A DNA stretch of 64,000 nucleotides from Phaeosaccion multiseriatum (GCA_965112735.1 OZ218950.1:806001-870000); one strand, 5' to 3'; positions 41,942 to 54,082 are shown, numbered from the stretch's first letter. Numbers and translations are program-made. Notes: a model not told the origin generated them from the sequence alone.

Positions 41942-42699
41942 TACGATGAGGAGAGAGTGAGGGTGTGAGGATTTGGGCCTTTCTTTGGCTGGACGAACGA
42001 ACGTACCCGAGCAAACCTCCTCCCCTTTAGGGGGGGGGGGGGAGGTGGGGTTGCGCTTCGTCATTAACACGCACGCTCACACACACATGCGTACACCCGG
42101 TTAGGCACGCCCCTCCCCCTACCCCCCACACACGCACACTCCCTCTCACACACACACTCAGTATATATGAATCACAGGGGAGGGTGGCTGAGGGGAATGA
42201 CTTCCACAGCTTTTTGTGGGGGCACCCGACGATGGACGAGAGGGAGATGGAGAGGGGAAGTGGGTGGGCGAGGAGAAGAGAGAGGGGGAATGGTCTTAAG
42301 TGAGAGTAGGGCAAGGAGCTATCCATGTCTGTACAGTATCTCGATGGATGATAAAGGGAGGAGATTGCTGCGACTGAGGCGGAGTTTTTGAGGGGAGGCG
42401 GGGTGTGGAAGAGCAGTTGCAGAGAGAGATAGAGAGGGAGAGTGACGTCATCGGGGGACAGGAGAGAGGAGAAAGACGAGAGAGTGGCGCAAGAGGAGAG
42501 AGTGGCGCGTTTTATTATAAGAGAAGTAAGTAGACTCGAGGTTGGGGAAAAGGGTAGGATGATAAGATTGGGAAAGAGTATGGTGCTATCAATATACTTC
42601 TGGCTCTCATTGTGTCTCTTTCGGCTGTGTAAGGTATAGGTACCACGCCACCAGTGACGGAATCATGACGGAAAATTGAGTGCTCTTCTTCCGCATGTT

Positions 42700-43239
42700 T
42701 GTCTCGACGTCTGCAGCGAATGGCCACAAAGTCTCTCGAGCGGGAGGCTGATCGCCACGGAGGCCTCTGGCAAATCTGAGGCCTCCTCCAACTGCCAGAT
42801 GGTGTTTGTGGGTGTGTGCTGATGCAACATGATGGGGCGATGTCTTGCGGGCCCTCGCGATGGCTTTGATCATTGCACCGAGCGCGCAGACCCGAAGAAG
42901 ATTACTGGAATGGTTGGAGTCGCCAGACTGTCAGAGGACGAAGTGCAAAGATTCCAGCTAATGTGATGGTCGTCTCTGGAGTGGAGGGAGAGCGCCGGGC
43001 GGACACACTTGCGTTCCTCAGCTCAGCTCAGCCAGAACGTGCGGCCTTGCAGATCTCACCCCCGAGCGACCTTTATGAGGAGCAGGCCACCAGCGCAAAA
43101 CGCTCTACAATGCCTTCATTGAGAGGCATGGGGGTTCTGTGCAAGCAACGCGAATCTGGCCACGCGTCTGGCTGGGCTGATGTAGAGCAGCAGAGCGTCA
43201 CCGCCTAGCTAGGAGAGGCTGAAGGCTTGCTTGCTTACT

Positions 43240-43297
<58 letters not shown>

Positions 43298-43583
43298 ACT
43301 TAAATCCTCCCTGGTGGCTGCGTAAGGTTACGTATGGGCATTAAGTCAGCGAGGGGAGGGAGGAGGAGAGGAGCGCCAGCCAGATGGAAGGGGTGCAATG
43401 TTGAGCATGGCAATGTTGCCGTCTGGTCGCGTGGCGTTCACGCACGTTGGCCCCCGCGTCGATCAGCTCGGCAGCAACGTCAATTTTCCCGTAGCTAATG
43501 CAGGGCACTGGCTGCCTGGCTGTGAAGCGGCGTGTTCTTATCGGAATCAGCACCATTCTCCTGGACTGCCCTGGCTCATGCAT
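42700..43583 (-). pseudogene. Degenerate ankyrin-repeat fragments
   Basis: KNTPLH and ISYGKIDVAAELIDAGANV occur in different frames at about 43440-43545, and TSPHHVASAH at about 42815-42845. No intact ORF. Confidence 0.35.
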
Positions 43584-43788
43584 GGGCCTCGTTGTGGACG
43601 GTACGCAACCCCACCGCAGTCGCTCCCCAATGGCTGGAAGATTGCAGGCCTCATGAGCTAGAGTGACCAGCTGGGGTCGAGGCGGCCGGGGGAAAGCTGT
43701 CCGCCGGGTCGTCTGGTATGGCCGTCTCCGTGGGGGGTAAAAAAAATATTCTTCCTCCCGAACCTCTTTTGGCTGCTCCCCTCACGAT

Positions 43789-43920
43789 TCGGAACCCCTT
43801 TATTTTGTTCCTTTCACACCAAAATAACCCTCAACGACTTCTTCCACACTTGATCGGAACCCCTTTCTTTTGTTCCTTTCACACACCAAAATAACCCTCA
43901 ACGCCTTCTTCCACACTTGA
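43789..43920. repeat. ~65-bp tandem duplication upstream of the secreted-protein gene
   Basis: TCGGAACCCCTTT.TTTTGTTCCTTTCACAC..CAAAATAACCCTCAACG.CTTCTTCCACACTTGA occurs twice. Confidence 0.85.
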
Positions 43921-44882
43921 AGTGTGCTATGCTAGTCACGCATTGCTGGAGGGCGGAAAAGGAGCGAGCGTGCACACTTTTAGCCCCTCCATCCCTTCAC
44001 TAAGCACATTACTCAACATGAGGGCATTGACTTGTTGGCTCGTACTGGCGTCATTCTTTGCGTCTACTGCTCGTGGACAACTAGTAACGCAGCAGGCGAA
44101 GTGGAGGAGTCACTCGCATCACATCCAGGAAGATGAATTTCTGTCCCGTGAAGAGGTGAGAACGGGGAAAGCAGGCGGAAATAAATTGCAGGCTAGTGGC
44201 TGGCTGGGCGACGCACGGGCCGGGCGGTTGGCTGCCCTGGCTGGAGGAGCCTAGACTAGCTATATTTCGTATCCACGCCCTTCCATCATCTCTCGATTCT
44301 CTCGTAGGTACAACCCAAGAAGGCCAACCCCATGCTTGACCTTCGTGGCCACCGAAAGATCCTTAATACCGCGAGCTGTGAAGATGCGTGCTTGGCATCT
44401 GAAAAAGAGGATTCCCTTAACCCGCGCCAGATAGCGCCTAAATAGCGTGAGGCTTATATAAACGCTATCTGGGTCCAGATAAGGGACCCCCGGGCCCTAT
44501 TTAACCCTTGGACAAGGCTTATATAACGAACGCACCCCCTATTTACATAAATCCTTATATAGCGCTACACGCGCCAGATAAGGTGTTGCCCCCCTTTATA
44601 TAAATAATTATATGGCACTATACGCGCCAGATAAGCTGCTATATTGTGTGCCCAAGGGGGTCTACATGTACGAATATAATATTCACATCTAGACCACCCC
44701 CTTGTTACGGTTATGATTTACAGTATTCATTTACATGTGTGTGGTAGGGAAGTTGCCGCCGCCGACAGAGCCCGGCTGGGGAAGGCTGGGGGAGGGCAGA
44801 CGCATATGGGGGAGGAAAGCAGGCAGGCAGGGAGAGTAGGGAACAGGGAAAGACTGACTGCGAAAGATGCCGGAGGGGGGGG

Positions 44883-45688
44883 GGGGGGATGATGTGTGAG
44901 GTCTTCTCCTACTACCCCCATCCCTGCGTCCGCGGGCCTGGAGCTGCAGTCCGTGCTTGCCCATGTAACCATGTATGCTGCGGTCTAGCGCTTGGCCCTG
45001 CTCTGCCTTGCGCACGCTTCAGAGGTGGTGCAGAAGCCAAGGTTGTCCAACGGCATTCCAACGGCAAACGGCAGGTGTGTACCGACGAGAGTGTAGCCTG
45101 TCCGCTCTTCTCCCACCCTCTTCCTTCCTTTCGCCTCCTTCCCACTTCCGTCTTCTTCCCCTCTCCTCTTCTTTCTTGCTGCCGCCGCCCAGTAGCTACT
45201 CAATGAGACGGGGAGGTAGATGGAAGGGTCGTATTGTATAAGCTCTTCTCCTGCCCTTCCCCCGCGCCGCGGCGGGCCTGAAGCTGCTAACTGTGCTTAT
45301 CCGTGTACCCATGTATGCTATGGTCTTGTGCTTGCCCCTGCTCTGCCTTGTGCACGCTTCAGGGACGGTCCAGAATCCAAGGTAGTCCAACGGCACTCCA
45401 ACGGCAAACGGCAGGTGTGTACCGACCAGATTGCCACCTGTCCGCTCTTCTCCCACCCTCTTCCTTCCTTTTGTCTCCTTCCCGCTCCCCTCTTCTTCCC
45501 TCTCCTCTTCTTTCTTGCTTCCGCCGCCCGGTAGCTACTCAATGAGAGGGGGAGGTAGATGGAGGGGTCGTGATGATGTATGAGCTTCGCCTGCCCCTCC
45601 CCCGCGCCGCAGCGGGCCTAAAGCTGCTAGCCGTGCTTACCCATGTGCCCATGTATGCTATGGTCTTGCGCTTGCCCCTGCTCTGCCT
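44883..45688 (+). repeat. ~340-bp tandem repeat (about 2.4 copies) containing small exon-like blocks
   Basis: 45023-45074 and 45363-45414 are homologous AG..GT-bounded blocks 340 bp apart, and their flanks also repeat. Confidence 0.8.
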
Positions 45689-45714
45689 CTTCGCTCGCCT
45701 TGGCTAACCCCCAG

Positions 45715-46073
45715 GAGATGTTCTCTGAGTCCTTCGTACTCCGCGGCGATGCTCTTCCAGACGAGTCCTTCCTGCCCGACGCTTCCATTGCAGCACATGC
45801 GACGGACCGCGAGCCACAGCTACGGACACTGTGGCTCAATATTCTGCGCTCCACGGCACCCATGCGGTGGTGTAACAATGGTCAGGCCTTTGGAGCTCCC
45901 ACAGACAAGGCTGACGTGTACACTCCGTATGCCCAAGCTGTTGTCCTTCTTACTATGGACAAGGTGAGCGCTCCTCTGAGGATACGCCTTCTGTCTGCCT
46001 CCATCCGCCAGCCTGTCTGGCTGTCTGGCTGTGGGTCTCTTCTGTCTGCCTGTAGGCTGTGTATCTGTCTGTC

Positions 46074-46108
<35 letters not shown>

Positions 46109-47669
46109 GCCTCTCTGCCTGCCCGTGTGTCTGTCAGTTTGTGTCGGCCTGTCTCCCTGTCTGTCTTGTCCCTCTGCCTGTGTGTCTGTGTCTCTGCTGC
46201 CTGCCTGCCTGCCTGTCCATGTGTCTCGACCTGTCTGTTTGTCTGACTGTCTGTCTGTCTGTGTGTCTGTCTATCCAACTGTCTTTCTGTCTGCCTGTGT
46301 GCATGTGTGTCTAACTGTCTGCTTGTCTGCCTGTCCGTGTGTCTCCTTGTATCCCTGCCAGGGAGCTGGGCCGCAACAGTGTCTCTCCAACACGCCCAGA
46401 CGAATCTCGCTCAGCGCCGCCTGCAAGATGCTCCCCGCCCCGACGGACTTGTGCGATCTCTTTCCACCCTTCGCGCAAGCACTGATGCTTTTGACTATGG
46501 ACAAGGTAAGCAATGTGTTCGAGAGTACCTTTGGGGGGGGGGTGGGAGGTGAGGAGGGAAGGAGGGCGTCTGAGCGAGTGATGCTGCGCTGGAGGTGAGG
46601 AAAGAGGTAAGCAGGGACTGGCTGGCTGAGGAGGGGCGGGGGTGATGAGAGAGATCAGGCGTGGGAGCGTGAGTGTGTGCGCGATTGGCTGTGTGAGTGA
46701 GTGGCCGGGAGACGCGATGGGTGAGGACGGGGGAGGGAGTGGGGATGAAGGAGCGAGGGAGGCAGGGGGGTGGTGAGTGATGGGGAGCGAGAGTGCAGAG
46801 CAGGCAGGGTAAGGGAGGGAGAACGCGTGAGACTGAAGGAGCGAGGGGGGTGGGGGGGGGGGTGAGAGAGGGAGTGGTTGGCGGGTGGTGAGTGATGGGG
46901 TGCCAGAGTGCAGAGCTGGCAGGGTTGGAGTGTGAGAGAGGGAGTGGGGGCGCGTGAGAGAAGGGAGAGGGGGGGGGGTGGTGAGTGATGGGGTGCGAGA
47001 GTGCAGAGTAGGCAGGGTTGGAATGTGAGAGAGGCAGTGGGGGCGCGTGAGAGAGGGGAGGGGGGGGGGCGGGTTGGTGAGTGATGGGGTGAAGGAGGGA
47101 GAACGCGTGAGCCTGAAGGATCGAGGGGCGGGGGTCGAGCGAGTGTGGGTGGGCTGGCTGTGTCTGCGGGCATGACGGGCCGACTCGAAGAGGCTGTCTC
47201 CGCGCAGTGGTGGGAGCAACCGTTGTTCGGCTGCATAGACTGACATCTGCCTTCTCCTTACCCTGCCTCTGCCGCCGTGCTTCATTTCCTTGTTCACATA
47301 CATGCGCAGTGCTTACTCAGCGAGGGCCCCCCGGACTTTCCTGCAGGCTTTTTCGACTCCATTCGTCCAATGGCACGACTTGTTGCCGAGTTGATCACTG
47401 CAACCATCGCTGCGGAGAAGAAGGCCGGCGTGGAGGACAGGAGCGCCGACAAGGAAGCGCCGCGGCCGGCACACGGGACGGCGCGGCAGCGCCAGACGGG
47501 GGGCGGGGCACATTCGCAGAGTACTATTAGTGGGGTTTGGTCTGGGCTTCGAAAAGAGTATGCCTTGAGGCTATGTCTTCCACGGACAGCTCCAGCAGGC
47601 CCAGAGCCCGCAGCCGCTGCCTCGGCTCCCTGTTCCTGGCTGCTCAGCCCCGCCCCCACCCACATTTGA
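45715..47669 (+). CDS. Spliced cargo gene of unknown function inside the insertion (3' exons only; 5' structure unresolved)
   Basis: Exons 45715-45963, 46362-46505 and 47310-47669 all have canonical sites and join in phase 0 without stops. The first two end in the paralogous PYAQAVVLLTMDK and PFAQALMLLTMDK. Confidence 0.55.
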
Positions 47670-48212
47670 TCTCCTTTACGCCCCCCCCTTTTCCCTCCTC
47701 TAGACTCACTCAGCAGTATGAAATAGCCTTAGGCCTATCCTATCGCCACCAGTATAATTTATAGGTTACAATAGCTAAAAAATTGTATATACATAATATA
47801 TATATATATATATATTTATATATACATACGTTAAAATTAGCCTTATCTGTCCAGGTCTCCTTATATAAGCCTTAACTGGATTCAGGAAGCGAGGCCTATA
47901 TAAAGCCTAAGACTGTTGGATAAGGAGGCCGGATAGGGCCTATCTGGACAGCCTTTCCACACTTATATAACGCCTAAATTAGGCCAATTTAAGACTAAAT
48001 GGGCCTGTCTTTTTTTCAGATGACTGGCTCTCAATGCCTGGGAACCGTGCTTCACTGACACCGCTTGCGTGGATTCTTGTGGGGAGCAAGACAGCTGTAA
48101 GTTCCCAAACTCTCCTTTCATCGCACTCGCCTCGCTCGGCCAGCCAGTCCAGCCAGGCCAGCCAGCCAAGATCGCCATTATGGAAGAACAAAAAAAAGTT
48201 AATCATCTCTCG

Positions 48213-48687
48213 CCTCCTCCTCTCCTCCTCCTCCTCCTCCTCCTCCTCCTCCTCCTCCTCCTCCTCCTCCTCCTCCTCCTCCTCCTCCTCCTCCTCCTCC
48301 TCCTCCTCCTCCTCCTCCTCCTCCTCCTCCTCCTCCTCCTCCTCCTCCTCCTCCTCCTCCTCCTCCTCCTCCTCCTCCTCCTCCTCCTCCTCCTCCTCCT
48401 CCTCCTCCTCCTCCTCCTCCTCCTCCTCCTCCTCCTCCTCCTCCTCCTCCTCCTCCTCCTCCTCCTCCTCCTCCTCCTCCTCCTCCTCCTCCTCCTCCTC
48501 CTCCTCCTCCTCCTCCTCCTCCTCCTCCTCCTCCTCCTCCTCCTCCTCCTCCTCCTCCTCCTCCTCCTCCTCCTCCTCCTCCTCCTCCTCCTCCTCCTCC
48601 TCCTCCTCCTCCTCTTCCTCTTCCTCTTCCTCTTCCTCCTCCTCTTCCTCTTCCTCCTCCTCCTCCTCCTCCTCCTCCTCCTCCTCC
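48213..48687. repeat. Very long (CCT)n microsatellite in an intron
   Basis: About 470 bp of near-pure CCT. Confidence 0.95.
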
Positions 48688-49426
48688 CCTCTTTCTCTGG
48701 CGTGCTAGGCCTGGGGTGTAATGCCGCGGGTCTGCGACAGGACTGTCGCTTCTGTGGCTTCTCTGTGTACCCCCCGTGTCCAGGAGGAGGGGATCCCTGC
48801 TCCCAGATCTGCAGCGCCGCGAATCCGAGCGAGCCCTGCTTCTTGGACGATACTTGCCCGGGTGGACTCGGCTGTGGAGCATTGTTCAGTTCAGGAAGCC
48901 CCGTCACCGCGGAATTGAAGTGTCGCTTCTGTGGCTTCTCTCCGTTCGGTGCCTGTCCAGGAGGGGATGTGCCGAGTAAGTCACGGACAGATCTGATATT
49001 GCCCGCTCTCAGAGCGAGTCTCAGAGCCTCCCCTCCTCAGCTGTTCTTGCCCCCCCCCCCTCCTCCCTTCTCCGCTTGAGCGAGCCTTGCCATGTGTACG
49101 CACTCTCCCTCGGGCTCGTCATTGTCTTGCATTCATTGCTTGAGGTTCGTTTGCTACTCTCATGCTTCGGCCGGTTGTTCGCGATTCCCGTTTTCCCTTT
49201 GAATTCCCTTGTGTCGTGCGTCCTCTGTAGCCGAGCAGTACGAGGACGAATGCTCCCAGATCTGCGATGACACGAATCCCAGCGAGCCCTGCTTCTTTGA
49301 CGACACTTGCCCGGATCGACTCGGCTGTGGAGCATTGCTCAGTACAGGAAGCCCCATCACCGTGGGCTTGAAGTGTCGCTTCTGTGGCTTCGCTCCGTTC
49401 GGTGCTTGTCCAGGAGGGGATGTGCT

Positions 49427-50364
49427 GGTGACAGATTCGGTGACACCAGCACCATGTAAGTGGTCCTCTCCTTTGCTTCCCCCTCACTTGCATGCTTCTT
49501 CTGTGACTGTCGACTTGAGGCACAGCCAGCTCACCCATCTTGTCGTGCTCTCCACACAATCTGCAGCCCACCAGCCCAGCCACAGCCACCTACATGTTCT
49601 TCTTTGCTTGCTTGCTTGCTTCCTTCCTTCCTTCCTTCCTTCCTTCCTTCCTTCCTTCCTTCCTTCCTTCCTTCCTTCCTTCCTTCCTTCCTTCCTTCCT
49701 TCCTTCCTTCCTTTGTGTTCATTCATTCCCTCTCCTTCCTTCGTTTCTTCTCCCACTGCCTGTCCCTCGCCCCTCGCTCCCTTTCAACGTTGTTGTTTCC
49801 TGACTTCACTTCCCCCACCACATCCTCTTCTCTCAACATACCATCAACCAGCCACAGCTGCACCGGTGACAGATTCGGTGACACCAGCACCATGTAAGTG
49901 ATCCTCTCCTTTGCTTCCCCCTCACTTGCATGCTTCTTCTGTGACTGTCGACTTGAGGCACAGCCAGCTCACCCATCTTGTCGTGCTCTCCACACAATCT
50001 GCAGCCCAGCCCAGCCCAGCCACAGCCACCTACCTGTTCTTGTTTGCTTCCTTCCTTGCTTTGCTTCCTTCCTTGCTTCCTTCCTTCCTTCCTTCCTTCC
50101 TTCCTTCCTTCCTTCCTTCCTTCCATCCTTCCTTCCTTCCTTCCTTCCTTCCTTCCTTCCTTCCTTCCTTCCTTCCTTCCTTCCTTCCTTCCTTCCTTCC
50201 TTCCTTCCTTCCTTCCTTTGTGTTCATTCATTCCCTCTCCGTCCTTCGTTTCTTCTCCCACTGCCTGTCCCGCGCCTCGCTCCCTTTCAACGTTGTTTCC
50301 TGACTTCACTTCCCCCACCACATCCTCTTCTCTCAACATACCATCAACCAGCCACAGCTGCACC
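49427..50364 (+). repeat. Tandem duplication of an exon-intron unit
   Basis: Introns 49456-49851 and 49894-50351 are near-identical apart from (CCTT)n length and flank a 42-nt exon at 49852-49893. Confidence 0.9.
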
Positions 50365-53300
50365 ATCCACAGCCGCTCCGACCACGGCTGCCCCGACTAC
50401 GGCTGCCCCGTCCACAGCTGCCCCGTCCACAGCTCCCCCGTCCACAGCTCCCCCGACTACAGCTTCGCCGACTACAGTAGCACCATCCACCGCTGCTCCG
50501 ACCACAGCTGCACCGACCGTAGGTGAGGGTGTCTGAGATGAGAACTTTGCGGAAGAGGAGGAGAAGCAGTGCCTAGACTGGGAAGGAGAAGCTCTTGAGG
50601 GAGGCTATGAATGCAGCCTTAATATTGCTCACATCCGTGCAGCCAGTCGCTATCGTCCGTACTCATCACCTTCCTTTTTCCCTTGCTTCCTTCCCTCCTT
50701 TTCTTGCTTCGCTCCTCGTCGCTTCCGTGTCCTTCTGGCTCTCTCTCAATCTTCCTTCTTCCATCTTTCTTCCCTCCTCTCATTTCCCCGCCATCGCGAC
50801 CCCCCCCGCGTCACGCTTCATCCGACCGCGGCTGCACCTACGACAGCTCCAACGATCTCGACACCTTTGTCGAACGGTGATGGTAAGTGTACTGCGTCGA
50901 ACACAAATGGACTCATCTCCTCCCCCCCCCCCTCCGCTCCTCCTCTGTCGCACGCTCTCTCTCCTCCACGTGACTCGGAGCACCCTTTAACGTAACACCG
51001 TACGCTGTCGGTCGTCATGCTATGCCAATGCATTCCGGCCTGATCGGGCGGTCGCAGTGTACGACTTGGGCCTTTCGGAGACGCTAATTGCTCTTCTCAT
51101 CGAAGGTACGAAATGGAGGGAGAGTGGATTGACAGTATGGCCATACACTAGCTAGGCAGCTCTTACCAAGGAGTTTGACCTCGAGAACGGATGTCGTAGC
51201 TATGCTTGCCTTGTTCTCCGCAGCCCTTCTTAACCATTCTTCCTTGGCATGGACCCCTGACCTATACGGATCACCTTTGAGCACCACTTCCCTTCTGTTC
51301 CCACAATACGCGGCAACGCCCCCCCCCCCCCCCCCCTTCTTGACTGCACACACCCACGCACGCGTGTACAGATGCCCCTTTCGGCTTCAGTGAACCGGGC
51401 CCGCTTTCCGTGGACGGAACTGACCTCACCACCACCACCGACTTTACCATCGATGTGCCCGATGGCAGTCCCTCCTTGCAGCTGAGCGGGATTTTCGTGG
51501 GGACAGACGGCTCCGCCCCCGAAAACACCGAGCTGGTCGTGTATTTAATTGGGTCTGACGGCAGTGACACCACCTCCGCCGTCTCCAGAGGTAAGCGATC
51601 TGACAATTGAGTGAAAAGAATGAGTTAAGTTAGTGAATGAGGAGCATTAGGGGAGGGTGAAAGCGTGATTGGGTGACGGACTGACCGAGTGAAGGAGCGA
51701 CGAAGCCTTCCTAACCTCGACCTCTTCGTCCTCCTGAAGTACCCCGTTCCCCCTCTTGTCTTCCCAACGCCCGCCCGGCTATTCTTAATCGCTTCGCTCT
51801 CGCCTCCTTTCTGCCCCTCTCCTTGCGTCGTCATGCGTATGTGTCGTCCCATCTCCCGCCTGTAATGATCAACAAAGGTCGAGCACTGGTGTCTCCTGTC
51901 GACGGTGCTTGGAGGTTTGCGGTGACGGACATTCCGTCGGGTACTTCTCAGCTTCTTCTCAGCTTCGTTCTTACTGCCCCTGGGGATGGGGAGGTGGGCG
52001 AGGGTGAAAACGGCGGGGTGAGTTGTTCCTGGTGCTCCCAGCCAGCCAGTTTGTTTTGTGAGACGGCCTCATTTCCTAATGGCACTTGCTTCCCCCACTC
52101 ACTCAACATCACGTCCCACAACACTCTTACGCTAGCTAATCCCTTACTCCCGTTTGATCTCACTCACTCCTTCACTCACTTACACATAGTACGCACGTAC
52201 TAACCGACTCGCTCACTCCAAGCCAGCCATTCAAGACTCACCTACTACTCGACTCACTCCCTCGCTCAGCCACTCATACACGGACTCAGTCATTCGCTCC
52301 CTTCCTCACATATTAGCCACTAAATAGCTAGTCACACACTCACACACTAACTCAAGTAACTCACCCACTTGCTCACTGGCCCTCACTGTCCTTCCGCGAA
52401 ATATTCAACCGTACGTGCGTAGCGTCGGCTCCAGGGCCTTGAACGGAACGTGTACCCGTTGACCATACTCAACGCGGCTGAACGTGACGACCTCTTGGCC
52501 ATCACTCTAACATGGGATGACGGAGACTCGGACGTTGACTTGCATGTCTTCGAGCCTGATGGTACGGAGGTGTCGTGGGAGGACCAGGAGGGTCAAGCAG
52601 GCTTTCTTGACGTTGACAACAGGTATGGATTTGGGCCGGAGAACTACGTGGTCGATCCCACGAGGTTTACCGCTGGTGCAGAGCCTTTCGATGGATTTCC
52701 TTATGGAGAGTACAGGTTCAGAGTGCAGCTGTACTTCACCCGTCCCGCAGGGAAAACCGTGAACTGGACCCTGTAAGTAATGGACGGGAGGAAGGAAAGG
52801 GAGAAGCGAGGGAAGACATGATTTGCGAATTGTTTGGTAGCGCTTGGGTAGGCTCGTCTGCGAAATCATGTGTGTGTACGCCTCACTTTTCTTCCGAGGA
52901 GATGGAAGTGACTCGCCCTCGGAACCTTCCGTGACTCGACCTGCCTCGGAACTTTCCATCCCTTCTTTTCTTCTTGTGCCTTCCTGCTTGTTGCGATGCC
53001 TTTGCGATACTAAGAAAGCGGCAATCTTCCCCCCTCTCCTTTGTTGTAGCAAGTACACCACGTGACTTCAACACGATCCACGAAGCAAGCAAGCAAGTCA
53101 AGCAAATAAACGCAAACTAATACTCCCATTAGCTAACCAACCTAAAATACGCTCCCTGACCTGTCAATCGTCTTTGCATGCGTGCAGAAAAATACGAATG
53201 GGTGGAGGGGATCCGATCGACGAGTACACCGGTTCACTCACTTGGACCGGCCTCAGCCGACCTGATTCAACTGAATTCTCGGTGGTGCTTGAGGAACCGT

Positions 53301-53699
53301 AGCTTCAGCCAGTCATACAATTGTGGGTTAGTACTTCGTACTGGGTGAGGATGAGCAGGCGTAGGATTCTACGGGGGTAGTTCCTGCTGCGATGGGGTAG
53401 CTTCACCTTTGGGGAGGAAGGTTGTACCTTCTTTTGTTGTGTTGTTCGGCCCGGGTTGGAAGGGTTTCTTATTTCATTTCGACCATTCTTGGGTTGGGTG
53501 TGTTTTTCCTTTCGTACAGTTAGAAGTCTAGGGCCGGGTGGTGAGCCTTGGGGTTGCCTCCACACGGAGTGTCTCGGCAAGAAGGGGAGATCTGCGGTGG
53601 AGGTGGCTGGGAATCACCTTGTCAACTGAAACTGAAAATGTGTGTGTGAGACGTAGATATGTAGAGGGGGAGGGGGTTGAGTGTGACCTCAGACCTGAA

Positions 53700-54082
53700 C
53701 CCGGCCGTATAGACCAATTGGAAAGCTGCCTTCACACAAGGAAGCTTCCTGGGTCTCTGGGTGGGAAAAGCGTACTTGCTCTCTATAATCAATAGTATCT
53801 CGTGTTGTAGTATGAACCCTCTTGACGTACTGCGCTCAGCTTGGGGGCTCTCCCTGCCTTCCCTCAACAATGTCTGGGAGGGTCAGCTCTACCGCAGTAT
53901 GTATGGTAGGTGGGAATCAGAGCCAGTTGGCGACGACCAACCAAGAACGTGACGCGTATGACGCGTTGCACGGGCTGGGGGCGGGGTGCCACTGCTCCGC
54001 CGAGCACTACCTAGCTAGGTGCCAGCGTTGCGAAATCAAGCAACGTCATGATGTGATCCGTGATGTGATCCGTGGGTCATGA
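53700..54082 (+). mobile_element. Degenerate non-LTR retrotransposon fragment (restriction-like-endonuclease type, CRE/R2-like C-terminus)
   Basis: Across a frameshift: LRSAWGLSLPSL ... CHCSAEHYLARCQRCEIKQRHDVIRDVI, resembling the LRLRLGL / zinc knuckle / RHD motif order. Confidence 0.45.

Larger units (their letters stand above)
44396..48027 (+). mobile_element. 3.6-kb non-autonomous DNA element with a Crypton-like junction, carrying a cargo gene
   Basis: Inverted ends CATCTGAAAAA (44396-44406) and TTTTTCAGATG (48012-48022). Flanking pentamers CTTGG (44391-44395) and ACTGG (48023-48027). AT-rich subterminal arrays of CCAGATAAG and GGCTTATATAA motifs at both ends. Excision restores the host reading frame. 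Confidence 0.85.
44018..53302 (+). pseudogene. Secreted protein (signal peptide, 3 Cys-rich CRFCGF repeats, Thr/Ala/Pro linker, YfaP/DUF2135-like C-terminal domain) disrupted in exon 2 by an insertion
   Basis: Signal peptide MRALTCWLVLASFFASTARG. Removing 44396-48027 restores CEDACLALNAWEPCF, which aligns with the later repeats CSQICSAANPSEPCF. The C-terminal part reads ITLTWDDGDSDVDLHVFEPDG..FLDVDNRYGFGPENY; stop at 53300-53302. Confidence 0.75.

Noticed and set aside
44417-44423. TTAA-CCC suggesting a piggyBac end
   Set aside because: No matching GGG-TTAA at the right end; host-frame restoration places the boundary at 44396 instead.
48034-49079. Long poly-Ser/Leu/Gly/Arg ORFs
   Set aside because: They are translations of the intronic (CCT)n microsatellite, whose length may also be inflated by assembly.
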